Positions 9,690 to 19,193 are shown, counted from the first letter of the stretch. The stretch: 64,000 nt of DNA from Thermoproteota archaeon (GCA_029258915.1 JAPDJU010000003.1:12801-76800); one strand, 5' to 3'. Numbers and translations: made by a program. Notes: generated from the sequence alone by a model not told the origin.

Positions 9690-10571
9690 TTGAGGATAGA
9701 GGCATTGACATACCTAGTAATTTATGGAGACTATGGTAAACAGTTTCTAGAAGCTTATAAAGCTATTTTAGGAGCTAGCAGGAACGGCGCTAACGTTGGA
9801 CAGCTTATTGCAGAGTTTAATCAGCTAATAGGTTTGGCAAGGAAAGGTAGAGTTGAGGATGTTGTAGCTAAGCTTTCAGGTATAGTTGATGAAGCATCTG
9901 TTTTAGGTGAAGCAGCTAAAAGTGCTCAGCTAACGTTTATGGTAGTGGCTGTGGTTTCTGCTTTAGTGTTAGCAGGGGTTTTCATAGTTTTTTATGTTAA
10001 ATACCGTTATGTAATATGGCGTTTCTGGTCTAAGCTTAGAAGTAGGCATAAGGTTTACCCTGCTGTTTCTGTTAGGAAAAGTATGATTATTGATCCTGAA
10101 GTTTCAGCTGTAATTTTAGCTTTAATAGTTGTTATAGGTGTTTTCGCTATAGCTCAAGTTTATGTTTCAGGTAGAGTTGTTGAGCCTTTTTCTGAAATAG
10201 GTCTTTTAGGCCCTAAAATGAAGATTGGAGACTACCCTACCGAGGTTGTTGTTGGTGAGAAAATTAAGCTCTACATTTATTTAGGTAATCACATGGGCTA
10301 TCCTGTATGGTATGTTGTGTTTTTAAAGATAGGTGATCGGACAACTTTTATTAATGAAACTGTACCTGCAAATATTGAGCCTGTATGGTCTTATGAAGTA
10401 CTTTTAGACCATAATTCTAACGTTACTGTTCCAATAACTTTGTCTCTTAATAAAACAGGTACTAATGTTAGGTTAATTTTTGAGCTTTGGACAGTAAGTG
10501 AAAACGGTGAGTTAGCTTACCATAATAGATGGGTTCATTTATGGGTTAACGTAACTAAGCCGCCAATATAG
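9690..10571 (+). CDS. Membrane protein with a DUF1616 C-terminal-type ectodomain
   Basis: 293 aa with a TTG start. FSEIGLLGPKMKIGDYPTEVVVGEKIKLYIYLGNHMGYPVWYVVFLKIG resembles the beta-rich C-terminal half of DUF1616 proteins. Confidence 0.5.
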   Translation: MRIEALTYLVIYGDYGKQFLEAYKAILGASRNGANVGQLIAEFNQLIGLARKGRVEDVVAKLSGIVDEASVLGEAAKSAQLTFMVVAVVSALVLAGVFIVFYVKYRYVIWRFWSKLRSRHKVYPAVSVRKSMIIDPEVSAVILALIVVIGVFAIAQVYVSGRVVEPFSEIGLLGPKMKIGDYPTEVVVGEKIKLYIYLGNHMGYPVWYVVFLKIGDRTTFINETVPANIEPVWSYEVLLDHNSNVTVPITLSLNKTGTNVRLIFELWTVSENGELAYHNRWVHLWVNVTKPPI

Positions 10572-10624
10572 CTGAGAAAAGCTTATATATGGTTAGATTT
10601 TCCTTTAATGTAATGTGAAACCTA

Positions 10625-11239
10625 TTGATAGATATAGTTAGCGTATTAGCTGATTTAGGGGGCCTAATAACATCTCCAAGGCAAACGTTTAGGATAATTT
10701 TCGCTGAGAAAAGAGGTTTATTACCTGCAGTAGTAGTTTTCCTTGTAATGGTTACTGTTCAGTCTTTAGTAACTGTATCCAATTTTATAGCTAGGTTTCT
10801 AGGGTTAACCGAGTCTTTTCTAGGGGGTTTTGGAGGATCATTATCTGCTTTTATAGGTTTATTGGGTGTTGCTGGTATGATTATTGTTGGAACCATATTT
10901 TGGCTTATTTTAGGATTGCTAACTCATGCTTTTGCCAGATTTTTAGGCGGTAAAGCTGATATTGAGAAAGCTCTTATAGTTTTAGGCTATGCTAAAGTGT
11001 CGTTCTTCATATATGTTATTTTAGCTTTTGCAGCAATATTTACCAGTTTTCTAGTTTCATTAGGACTGCTAATAGTGGGCTACCTTATTTCCGTAGTTTT
11101 ATGGGTTATAGTAGCTTCTACAGGTGTTTCGGAAGCTTACGGTATAAGTATGGGTAGGGGTTTGGCTTCTGTAATCTTACCGTTTATAGTGTTAGCTACA
11201 ATACCTTTCCTAATGTTTATACCGTTTATGTTTTGGTGA
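10625..11239 (+). CDS. Yip1-domain-like polytopic membrane protein
   Basis: 204 aa with five or so TM spans after a short N-terminal segment (GLITSPRQTFRII), as in Yip1/YIF-type proteins. It is the first gene of a three-gene unit. Confidence 0.45.
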   Translation: MIDIVSVLADLGGLITSPRQTFRIIFAEKRGLLPAVVVFLVMVTVQSLVTVSNFIARFLGLTESFLGGFGGSLSAFIGLLGVAGMIIVGTIFWLILGLLTHAFARFLGGKADIEKALIVLGYAKVSFFIYVILAFAAIFTSFLVSLGLLIVGYLISVVLWVIVASTGVSEAYGISMGRGLASVILPFIVLATIPFLMFIPFMFW

Positions 11240-11244
11240 TTTGA

Positions 11245-12099
11245 ATGATTTTAAGAAAAGAAGAAATAGCTGGTATGTTGGTTTTAGCCGCAATAGTTTT
11301 AGGGTTAATATCGCCTATTGTAGCGTTTTTTGCGGCTAAACCTGTTGAAATACCTAAAGCTATTTTCGGATTTCCATTTGCTAGAGAGCTTAAGTATGTA
11401 ACGTCAAAATCGTTTAACGTTACTGAAGAGTTTAAGCTGGCTTTAGATGTTAGCGGTGGGGGTGCAGAGGTCGCTAAATCCCATGTTGAAAACGAGGTTA
11501 AGGTTGAGATCTACGAGTATTCAGTGTTTTTCAGGTTTTTCGGGCGTCCTGCTAGGAAAGAGTATAGTATTGAATTCGCTAATAACACATTACATGTAGC
11601 TATTATAGGCTATGTAGCTAAAATATATGTTCCACAAGAACTACTTGAAGAAATTTCAAGTATTATTAGTGGTGGGGGCTTATCCGTAAACATTAATGCT
11701 GAAAACATGAAGCTATGTAATGTTAAAGTATCGGGTGGCGGTGTAGAACTGTCTTTAGGTAATCTGAGAAACTCTACTTTAGACATAGAAATTTCTGGAG
11801 GAGGTTTTTCAGTAAACCTAAACTACAGTGACTATGTTGGTAAAGCTGAAATAAATGTCAATATTAATGGTGGCGGTGGAGAATTAAAAGTAGAAAACAT
11901 AAATGCTAAGGTAAAAGTAGATGCATCGATTTCAGGAGGGGGCGGTACAGTAAAGATTAATGACGTGAAGATTATATCTATTGGCGGTGCATCTGAAACT
12001 AAAACATATGTTGATGAAGGATTCGATAAAGCAGCTGAAAAGCTAATAGTTAACATTAATGTTTCCGGTGGAGGCTTCGACGTAGGGATTAGAAGATGA
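11245..12099 (+). CDS. Membrane-anchored SGGG-repeat protein (DUF4097/putative-adhesin-like beta-helix)
   Basis: 284 aa with an N-terminal TM. Seven spaced repeats of (S/N)GGG(G)-x-hydrophobic-x: DVSGGGAEV, ISGGGLSV, VSGGGVEL, ISGGGFSV, INGGGGEL, ISGGGGTV, VSGGGFDV. Confidence 0.5.
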   Translation: MILRKEEIAGMLVLAAIVLGLISPIVAFFAAKPVEIPKAIFGFPFARELKYVTSKSFNVTEEFKLALDVSGGGAEVAKSHVENEVKVEIYEYSVFFRFFGRPARKEYSIEFANNTLHVAIIGYVAKIYVPQELLEEISSIISGGGLSVNINAENMKLCNVKVSGGGVELSLGNLRNSTLDIEISGGGFSVNLNYSDYVGKAEINVNINGGGGELKVENINAKVKVDASISGGGGTVKINDVKIISIGGASETKTYVDEGFDKAAEKLIVNINVSGGGFDVGIRR

Positions 12100-12800
12100 A
12101 TAGTGAAGAAATCACCGTTATTCCCGAAGATAGACAGCTAGTTGTAAGGAGAATAATTGATGTTTTAAATAGTGGACCTAAACTTGAAATACTTAAAATC
12201 CTGTCGGAAGGAAAGCCTCTTACAGCATCTGAGCTTTCGGAAAAACTTAAAGTAAAAATTTCAACAGTTCTGTCGCATTTAGATGACCTCATAAACACGG
12301 GTTTAGTTAAAGTTGAAACTACAAGTGTAGGAGGACGCGCAATTAAGAAGTATGGTTTAGTTTCGAATAAGGTTGTTTTAACCATAGACATACGTACATT
12401 GACACATATAGAGGAAATAGGTGTTGAAGAATATGAGAAAGAACTAGAACATTTAGCATTACAGTATCTTAAAGCTAAAAGAGAAAGGAAGGGAGAGCTT
12501 CCACTAACTATAAAGGTTAGAGATGTAGCTAAAACGTTAAACATAGACATTGAAAAAGCCATAGGAATTGTAGACTACATTAACACACATCCAGAAGTTA
12601 TAGTAGACAATATTTCATATGACTTACTGGAGATCCTACGTGAAAACAAAGTAGCCACTATAAGAGAGTTAGCTGACAAGTTGAAAGTGCATCCATACTG
12701 GGTTGTTATGGCTGCTAGGAAACTTATATCACAAGGCCTAATAGTGTTTGAAGAAAATATTGTAAAAGTTTTAAGCAAAAACCAAGATGCTACTATCTAA
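12096..12800 (+). CDS. ArsR-like transcriptional regulator with two winged-helix domains
   Basis: 234 aa. The N-terminal wHTH is LEILKILSEGKPLTASELSEKLKVKISTVLSHLDDLINTGLV. A second wHTH sits near the C-terminus (ATIRELADKLKVHPYWVVMAARKLISQGLI). It overlaps the upstream gene by 4 nt. Confidence 0.6.
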   Translation: MNSEEITVIPEDRQLVVRRIIDVLNSGPKLEILKILSEGKPLTASELSEKLKVKISTVLSHLDDLINTGLVKVETTSVGGRAIKKYGLVSNKVVLTIDIRTLTHIEEIGVEEYEKELEHLALQYLKAKRERKGELPLTIKVRDVAKTLNIDIEKAIGIVDYINTHPEVIVDNISYDLLEILRENKVATIRELADKLKVHPYWVVMAARKLISQGLIVFEENIVKVLSKNQDATI

Positions 12801-12931
12801 GCACATACTTTTTAAACCATGCACTTTTTTACAGGTTTGGTGTTTAAATAAAGTATCGTAGTGGTAGTTATGGTTTTTAAAAGGTAAAAATTTAACATTA
12901 AACTGCACAATACATGTTCTTGGTGTCGAAT

Positions 12932-13894
12932 ATGGTTAAGGTTGGTGTTGTTTTACCTATTTACGATATTGATGTTAAAGAAGCTTTAGATTTCGGTGTT
13001 CAAGCAGAAAGCTTAGGTTATGATTCGCTATGGGTTGAAGACCATTTAATGCCTTGGCAGCTAAGCTGCGAGAAGTCGACGCTTGAAGGTTGGGTTCTCT
13101 TGTCGATATTGGCTGATAGAACAGAGAAAATAAGGATTGGAACTATGGTTTCCAATATCCTATACAGGCACCCGGTAATTTTAGCTAAATTAGCAGTTAT
13201 GGTTGACAGGGTTTCTAATGGAAGGTTTACTATGGGTTTAGGTCTTGGATGGTTTGAAGATGAAGCTAAAGCCTATGGTCTACCGATGCCTCCGCTTAAA
13301 GTTAGAATAGAAATGTTCAGGGAAGCTATAGAATTAATGAAGAAACTATGGACAAGCAGTGGTAAGGTAAGTTTTAAGGGAAAATATTTTACTATTGAAA
13401 ATGCTTCTTTCCAACCTAAACCTGTTCAAAAACCATACCCGCCGATAATCATAGGTACTGGCGGTGAAAAAGTAATGTTGAAAATTGTTGCTAAAGAAGC
13501 TGATGGATGGAACTATGGTGCTTTAAGCCCTGAAGAAGTTAAACATAAACTCGACATACTTAGAAAGTTCTGTAGTGAAGTTGGAAGAAATTTTGAGGAT
13601 ATTGAGAAAACTTTCGAACTATACGTGTTTATAGGTAAGGATAGAAGCGAAGCAAATAGTAGGTTGGAAAAGTATTTAGAAACAATACCTAGAGGAGATA
13701 AGCTTCAACATATAATTCAACAGCTCTACATAAGAAATGCATTAAAAGGCACAGCTAGCGATATTCTAAATCAAATGAAGGATTATGTAAATGCTGGAAT
13801 AGAACATTTCATACTAGTCTTTCCAGGCGAAGATAGGTTTAAAATGCTTAGAGAATTCGGTGAACATGTTCTTAATGAAGCTAAGAAATTATAG
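12932..13894 (+). CDS. Luciferase-like (LLM class, probably F420/flavin-dependent) oxidoreductase
   Basis: MVKVGVVLP..., GYDSLWVEDHL and FTMGLGLGW are typical of LLM-family TIM barrels. The ORF track start at 12914 is also possible. Confidence 0.7.
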   Translation: MVKVGVVLPIYDIDVKEALDFGVQAESLGYDSLWVEDHLMPWQLSCEKSTLEGWVLLSILADRTEKIRIGTMVSNILYRHPVILAKLAVMVDRVSNGRFTMGLGLGWFEDEAKAYGLPMPPLKVRIEMFREAIELMKKLWTSSGKVSFKGKYFTIENASFQPKPVQKPYPPIIIGTGGEKVMLKIVAKEADGWNYGALSPEEVKHKLDILRKFCSEVGRNFEDIEKTFELYVFIGKDRSEANSRLEKYLETIPRGDKLQHIIQQLYIRNALKGTASDILNQMKDYVNAGIEHFILVFPGEDRFKMLREFGEHVLNEAKKL

Positions 13895-13895
13895 T

Positions 13896-14975
13896 TTAAG
13901 AATAAATTATTTCTCCAATATTTTCATCTATTCTATAGCCTGCTAAACTGTTTATTAATTCTTTTATCTTTTCATCTTTAATAATACTTATAAAGTGTTT
14001 TACAGATTCCTTATTTAATTTGTTTTTTCTAACTACAAAATCATATTTTTCCCAACAAACATATTTATATTTTAAACCATACTGCTCAGCTACATATCTT
14101 AAAGTTAAACCTACATCTGCTCTACCTTCTACAATAGCTCTAACTACCCCATAATGAGTTTTATGTTCAGTATTGTAGCCTGGGATTATCTCTGGAATTT
14201 TACTGGGGTCTATTTTGAGTTTTAAAGATGTTTTGTAAAGCAAGTTGTCGAGGTAGGATCTAGTTCCAGAGCCTAGAACTCTATTTGCTAACCTAAATCT
14301 GCCTGTAAAGAGGTCTTCAACCTTCTTGAATTCTATGTTTTTTCTAAAAGCGAATACAAGCTCTCTATTGTATCCTCTGATGATAGCTGCTTTGTTTTCA
14401 AGCCAGTACCTTTTAAGGTATGGTTTGTTGTATGTTTTTGTTTCCGGGTCGTATAGGTGTACTCCAGCAACATCAGCTTCCCCAAGCATTATAGAAGCTA
14501 ATCCGCCAGCAGAGCCTATCCATGAGACTTCAACGTCTTTAATAAGGCCTTTTGCTTTAATTGCTTCTATTATTTTCTCTAAAGCAACATCATGGCTCCC
14601 AATAATGGTTAGTTCGGGTATTTTTGGTTTAACATATTCTTTCTCTATAATACCTATTTTTGAATATTGTTCTAAATAGTGTTTTAAAATATTCTTTCCA
14701 AAAACAGTTAACTGGGTTCCTCCTCCCTTGCTCCCACCTCTTTTAGCTTCAACTATTTTCACGCCAAGAATACGTTCTATTCTAGCTAACGATTCCCATG
14801 CTCTTGAGTAAGGTATTTTTAATGTTTTACATGCTGCAAGTATTGATCCTTCCCTGTCGATAAGCATTAAAAGATCGGCTAACTGTTTATCTAGGAGTTT
14901 TTTACCTTCATATTCGACTATTAAGTCTACTTTAAACCTTATCTTCCTAAATATTTCCTCCAAGAATCCTACCAA
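13896..14975 (-). CDS. ModE-type HTH regulator fused to a periplasmic-binding-protein-like (oxyanion-binding) domain
   Basis: 359 aa. The N-terminus GSILAACKTLKIPYSRAWESLARIERILGVKIVEAKRGGSKGGGTQLT matches the ModE N-terminal domain. The remaining ~250 aa look like a PBP fold (SWIGSAGGLASIMLGEADVAG). It is divergent from tupABC. Confidence 0.7.
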   Translation of the reverse strand: MVGFLEEIFRKIRFKVDLIVEYEGKKLLDKQLADLLMLIDREGSILAACKTLKIPYSRAWESLARIERILGVKIVEAKRGGSKGGGTQLTVFGKNILKHYLEQYSKIGIIEKEYVKPKIPELTIIGSHDVALEKIIEAIKAKGLIKDVEVSWIGSAGGLASIMLGEADVAGVHLYDPETKTYNKPYLKRYWLENKAAIIRGYNRELVFAFRKNIEFKKVEDLFTGRFRLANRVLGSGTRSYLDNLLYKTSLKLKIDPSKIPEIIPGYNTEHKTHYGVVRAIVEGRADVGLTLRYVAEQYGLKYKYVCWEKYDFVVRKNKLNKESVKHFISIIKDEKIKELINSLAGYRIDENIGEIIYS

Positions 14976-15011
14976 TTTATTGAAGTGTACTATAGAAACA
15001 AATATATTTTT

Positions 15012-15033
15012 CGTTATCCGATAACGAATAACG
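15012..15033. promoter_or_regulatory. Candidate ModE-like operator: palindrome CGTTATC-C-GATAACG plus an extra ATAACG half-site
   Basis: A perfect 7-1-7 inverted repeat at 15012-15026 is followed by ATAACG at 15028-15033. It lies in the divergent intergenic region between the regulator and tupA. The half-site resembles the CGTTAT/ATAACG arms of the E. coli modA operator as I recall it. Confidence 0.4.
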
Positions 15034-15042
15034 GGATTCTCT

Positions 15043-15939
15043 ATGAAACACTATAAGTTATTCATGCTAATAATTTTCATCGCGGCTTTAATCATAACTT
15101 CAACATGCTCATGTCCTTTAATATTAAGAGAAAACATAACCGTATTAAGAGTTTCAACTACAACAAGCCTTTATGCAACAGGATTACTTGACATGTTAGC
15201 TGATAAGTTTAAAGAAAAACACTCTAACGTGGTTATTCAGTTTATTGCCGTTGGCAGTGGCGAAGCTTTAAAGAAAGCTGCAATGGGCGACGTAGACGCT
15301 GTACTTGTCCATGCACCTTCTCTTGAAAGAAAATATATAAGCGAAGGAACAATTGGAGAAGGAACAATTTTCGCATACAATTACTTCGTAATAGTTGGAC
15401 CTAAAGAAGACCCAGCAGGTGTTAAGTGTTTAAGCCCTGAAGAAGCTATGGTTAAAATATTTAACGCTTGTGAAAAAGGTGTTGCCAAATTCATTTCTAG
15501 GGGGGACCGTTCAGGCACTCATGTTAGAGAACTTATGTTATGGGACATGGTGGGTCTTAATCCTAAAGGTAAAACATGGTATATTGAAACAGGAAGCGGC
15601 ATGTCTGAAACGTTAATGGTGGCTAACGAATATAGGGCATATACCTTATCTGACATAGGAACTTTTCTTAAGTTTAAAAATAAGCTTAACGAACTAACTG
15701 TTCTTGTAGATAGAGGCGATATTTTAATTAACATATACAGTGGGTACGTTGTTTTATCTTCTAAGAATATAGGTTTAGCTGAAGAGTTTATAGAATTCCT
15801 AGTTTCTAGTGAAGCGCAGGAAGCTATTGGAAATTATGGTTTAGAAGAATATGGTCAACCATTATTCTACCCTATTGTAGGATCAAACAGTACTATGATT
15901 AAAAACATGTGGAATGTTCTTTCATCGGAAAGCTCTTAG
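15043..15939 (+). CDS. tupA: Tungstate/molybdate ABC transporter substrate-binding protein (TupA-type)
   Basis: 298 aa with a signal/lipobox-like N-terminus. LRVSTTTSLYATGLLDML (the TTTS motif) and AVGSGEALKKAAMGDVDAVLVHAP are typical of TupA. Confidence 0.7.
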   Translation: MKHYKLFMLIIFIAALIITSTCSCPLILRENITVLRVSTTTSLYATGLLDMLADKFKEKHSNVVIQFIAVGSGEALKKAAMGDVDAVLVHAPSLERKYISEGTIGEGTIFAYNYFVIVGPKEDPAGVKCLSPEEAMVKIFNACEKGVAKFISRGDRSGTHVRELMLWDMVGLNPKGKTWYIETGSGMSETLMVANEYRAYTLSDIGTFLKFKNKLNELTVLVDRGDILINIYSGYVVLSSKNIGLAEEFIEFLVSSEAQEAIGNYGLEEYGQPLFYPIVGSNSTMIKNMWNVLSSESS

Positions 15940-15949
15940 GTGGGAGAAA

Positions 15950-16591
15950 ATGGAGTTCATATTTGAAACCAGTGAAATAGTTTTAAGGTCAATATTTGTT
16001 TCCGGATTAGCAACAATACTTGCTTCTGCATGGTCTTTGCCTTTAGCGTTTCTCCTTCTAATTTCAGAGTCTAAAATAGGGAGAATTTTACAAGATATCT
16101 TTAACTCTTTAGTTTCTATACCAACTGTTGTTCTAGGACTTCTACTTTACCTTATCTTTTCCAGGTCAGGGCCTTTAGGTGTTTTCTCTTTACTTTACAC
16201 GCCATGTATTATCTCTATAGGGCAAGCTGTACTTATAACTCCATTAATGATTTCCTTTTTAACTTCAAGTTTAGGTAAGGTTAAAGAGACTGTTTGGGAA
16301 ACAGCTATTGCACTAGGTGCTTCTAAGTTTCAAGCTTCAATAACTGTTCTTAAAGAAGGATGTGTTCAGCTTGTAAGATCCATTTTAGTAGGGTTTAATA
16401 GAGCTATAGGTGAGCTTGGAGTAGCATTAATGGTTGGCGGAAATATTAGAGGATACACTAGAGTCATGACTACAGCTATTGCTCTTGAAGTTTCTAAAGG
16501 TAACTTCGATTTGGCAATAACATTAGGGGTAGTGCTGCTCATAACTACGCTTGCAATCACAGTTATGGTTAGGCTTCTAGGTGCTAGATGA
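15950..16591 (+). CDS. tupB: Tungstate ABC transporter permease
   Basis: Polytopic ABC permease (binding-protein-dependent transport type). The ATG at 15950 is preceded by GGTGGGAG. The track start at 15914 would overlap tupA. Confidence 0.7.
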   Translation: MEFIFETSEIVLRSIFVSGLATILASAWSLPLAFLLLISESKIGRILQDIFNSLVSIPTVVLGLLLYLIFSRSGPLGVFSLLYTPCIISIGQAVLITPLMISFLTSSLGKVKETVWETAIALGASKFQASITVLKEGCVQLVRSILVGFNRAIGELGVALMVGGNIRGYTRVMTTAIALEVSKGNFDLAITLGVVLLITTLAITVMVRLLGAR

Positions 16592-17244
16592 TGATTGAAG
16601 TACGTAACCTCTGGTTTAAATACGAGCCTAACGGAGAATATGTGCTTAAAAATATAAGCTTTAGATTTCATGGTAAAGCAATGCTTATTTCAGGTCCTAA
16701 TGGTTCTGGAAAAACAACTTTACTGAAGATTATTAGTGGCCTATTAAAACCTACAAAGGGAATGGTTTTAATTGAAGGCAATAACCTATGGGAATTAAAA
16801 GGTAAAGAAGGTCTTTCTTTTAGAAGAAACATTGTTTACGTGCATGAGGAACCTGTTTTATTTAAAGGAACAGTTTTAGACAATATAATTTACCCTTTAA
16901 GAATAAGGGGTTATGGAAAGGATGAAGCAATAAGGGAAGCATTAAATACTCTTGAAATATTGAATATGAGAAACTTAGCTTATATGAATGTTAAGAAGCT
17001 TTCCACAGGTCAAATGAAGTTAGTGTCTTTAGCTAGGGCTATAGTTTCTAAGTCTAAGTATTTGCTTTTAGATGAACCGCTAGCAACATTAGATAGGGAA
17101 AACATGAAACACGTACTAATGGTTATCAGAGACCATGTGTTGAAAAAATCTAACGTAATTATGGCTTCACATAGAACAGTACCTATAAAGTTCTTTGATA
17201 AAACCATTGAACTAGAAAATGGGAGTATAGTAGAGATAATTTAA
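16588..17244 (+). CDS. tupC: Tungstate ABC transporter ATP-binding protein
   Basis: Walker A GPNGSGKTT, signature LSTGQMK and Walker B LLLDEP. It overlaps the permease gene by 4 nt. Confidence 0.8.
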   Translation: MMIEVRNLWFKYEPNGEYVLKNISFRFHGKAMLISGPNGSGKTTLLKIISGLLKPTKGMVLIEGNNLWELKGKEGLSFRRNIVYVHEEPVLFKGTVLDNIIYPLRIRGYGKDEAIREALNTLEILNMRNLAYMNVKKLSTGQMKLVSLARAIVSKSKYLLLDEPLATLDRENMKHVLMVIRDHVLKKSNVIMASHRTVPIKFFDKTIELENGSIVEII

Positions 17245-17307
17245 GTTAGCAACTCTGTATCTTTAAATAACCATATAAGCTTAGTTATTCATTGGGGTGT
17301 TTTAGAG

Positions 17308-17484
17308 ATGCCAAAATATGCTAAGTACATATGTACTGTTTGCGGGTACATATATGATCCGGAAAAAGGTGATCCCACACAAAACATTCCTCCGGGAACA
17401 CCTTTCGAAGATTTACCTGAAGACTGGAAATGCCCGATTTGTGGGGCAGGCAAAAACCTTTTCGAGAAATTGAAGGAAGAATAG
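17308..17484 (+). CDS. Rubredoxin
   Basis: 58-aa ORF below the track cutoff: [58 protein letters not shown]. It has the two CxxCG knuckles and the classic rubredoxin spacing. Confidence 0.85.
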   Translation: MPKYAKYICTVCGYIYDPEKGDPTQNIPPGTPFEDLPEDWKCPICGAGKNLFEKLKEE

Positions 17485-17990
17485 AATCTTAGCTAAAATA
17501 AGCTTACAAAGATACATTGGATCTTCTATTTTAACCTCCTTGTCCTATCCCCATAAACCCGTTTTTCTAACTGTTTGAAAAACCATTCTTGATCCATTCT
17601 CCGTAAAATATGTTAGTTTACCTGAAAATTTTACATAGTCGGAAAGGGTTTTGCCTAGTTCCCATTCTCTCCTGAGCTAAAGCCATCATACCTATCATAG
17701 CTAATGGGCACATGTGGCCTGCGAAGCCTTGATGAACTGTTTTGGAATTTATAACTTTTTATAACAATTGTTGTAGTTTCTTTTAGTCTTCTGTTATTAT
17801 TATTGCGTGTACCTTTTTTCCATGAAGTTTCCTTAATTTCTCCCTATCTTCTCTGGCGGGATATAGTATAAATACGTCTCCTCTATACTTAATTATACTT
17901 CCATGAATAATAACTATTTCAACCATAGAGACACCTAAACACATATAATAGGATAAAACTTATAAAACTTCCTAACATGAATTATTACTG

Positions 17991-19193
17991 GTGAACTCTC
18001 CAATGAAGGTTGATGAGACCCTTAAGGTTACGGGTCTCCCAGAGGAGGGTGATGAGATCTTAAACTTTCTTAAAACATTCCGAGATTACACACAATATAT
18101 TATAGACCAAGTATGGAATGAAGAGAATATACCTTCAGTTAAAACATTACATAGAAGATTCTACTATGAGCTAAGAAGTAAAGGGTTTAGAGCGCACCAT
18201 GTAAAGCAAATATATTATCATGCTAGGAGTGTTGTCAAAGCAGTTAAGAAATCTAATGGTAGTAAACCAGTATTGAGGAAGTTAACAGCTAGAATAGACA
18301 AATACGATTACAAGTTAGACTTAGAGAATCAAGAGTTAATAGTTAAGGTTCTAGGTGGGAGAGAGGATAAGATAAAGTTAGTAGCACCAAAAGAGAGGTT
18401 CATAAAGTACAAGAACTGGAATAATTACGAATTGATAATAAAGTATGATGGTTCAAGATTCTGGATATGTATAGAGTTCAGAAGAGAAATTAAACAGCAC
18501 AATGCAAGAAGTGTTCTTGCTATTGATGTAAACTTTGATAACGTTACCATACTCATTAAGAATAATAGGAGAGTAGTTAAGGTTGGGAGGTTTAGTTTTC
18601 CTTTAAGAAAAGCATTGTCTCATAGGATTTGGATTGAGAGGATACAGAAACGTTATCCAAAGCAATGGAAATATATCAAAGGAATTAGAGAAGCTATTAG
18701 AAAGCACGGTAGAAAGATAAGAAACATAATCAATGACTCATGCCATAAGATAGCAGAGGAGATAACAGATATAGCATTAAAGCATAGAAGTTTAATTGTT
18801 GTAGAGAACCTTAAAAACCTAAGAATTAATGGCAAGAAGAATAGTAAGTTTAGTAAGAAGCTCTCATTATGGAGTTACCGTAAACTACTATCATATATAG
18901 AGTATGAGTGTATGGAGAAGGGAATACCACTAGTAAAGGTTAATCCAAGGAAAACCTCTAAGCTTTGTCCAAGATGTAACGGTAAGCTAACATCTATCAA
19001 AGGAAGAATCTTAAGGTGTAGTAAGTGTGGTTTTATAGGAGATAGAGATGTTATAGCATGTTTTAACCTCATCTCAAGATGTGGGGTGCTTGGGGTCACC
19101 CTAAACGCTCCTGACCAGATGCAAACCCAAGAAGGGATGAAGGAGAACAAAGATGAAGGGATGTCGCTTGTCATAAAATGTCATAAAACCTGA
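17991..19193 (+). CDS. tnpB: TnpB (OrfB) RNA-guided endonuclease/transposase accessory protein
   Basis: 400 aa. RuvC-I AIDVNFDN, RuvC-II VVENLKNL, zinc finger CPRCNG...CSKCG and RuvC-III GDRDVIACFNL are present. The ATG at 18003 is an alternative start. Confidence 0.9.
   Translation: MNSPMKVDETLKVTGLPEEGDEILNFLKTFRDYTQYIIDQVWNEENIPSVKTLHRRFYYELRSKGFRAHHVKQIYYHARSVVKAVKKSNGSKPVLRKLTARIDKYDYKLDLENQELIVKVLGGREDKIKLVAPKERFIKYKNWNNYELIIKYDGSRFWICIEFRREIKQHNARSVLAIDVNFDNVTILIKNNRRVVKVGRFSFPLRKALSHRIWIERIQKRYPKQWKYIKGIREAIRKHGRKIRNIINDSCHKIAEEITDIALKHRSLIVVENLKNLRINGKKNSKFSKKLSLWSYRKLLSYIEYECMEKGIPLVKVNPRKTSKLCPRCNGKLTSIKGRILRCSKCGFIGDRDVIACFNLISRCGVLGVTLNAPDQMQTQEGMKENKDEGMSLVIKCHKT

Noticed and set aside
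12089-12562. 157-aa minus-strand ORF antisense to the ArsR-like regulator gene
   Set aside because: The plus-strand product has clear winged-helix motifs and operon coupling. The antisense product is low-complexity (S/L/F-rich).
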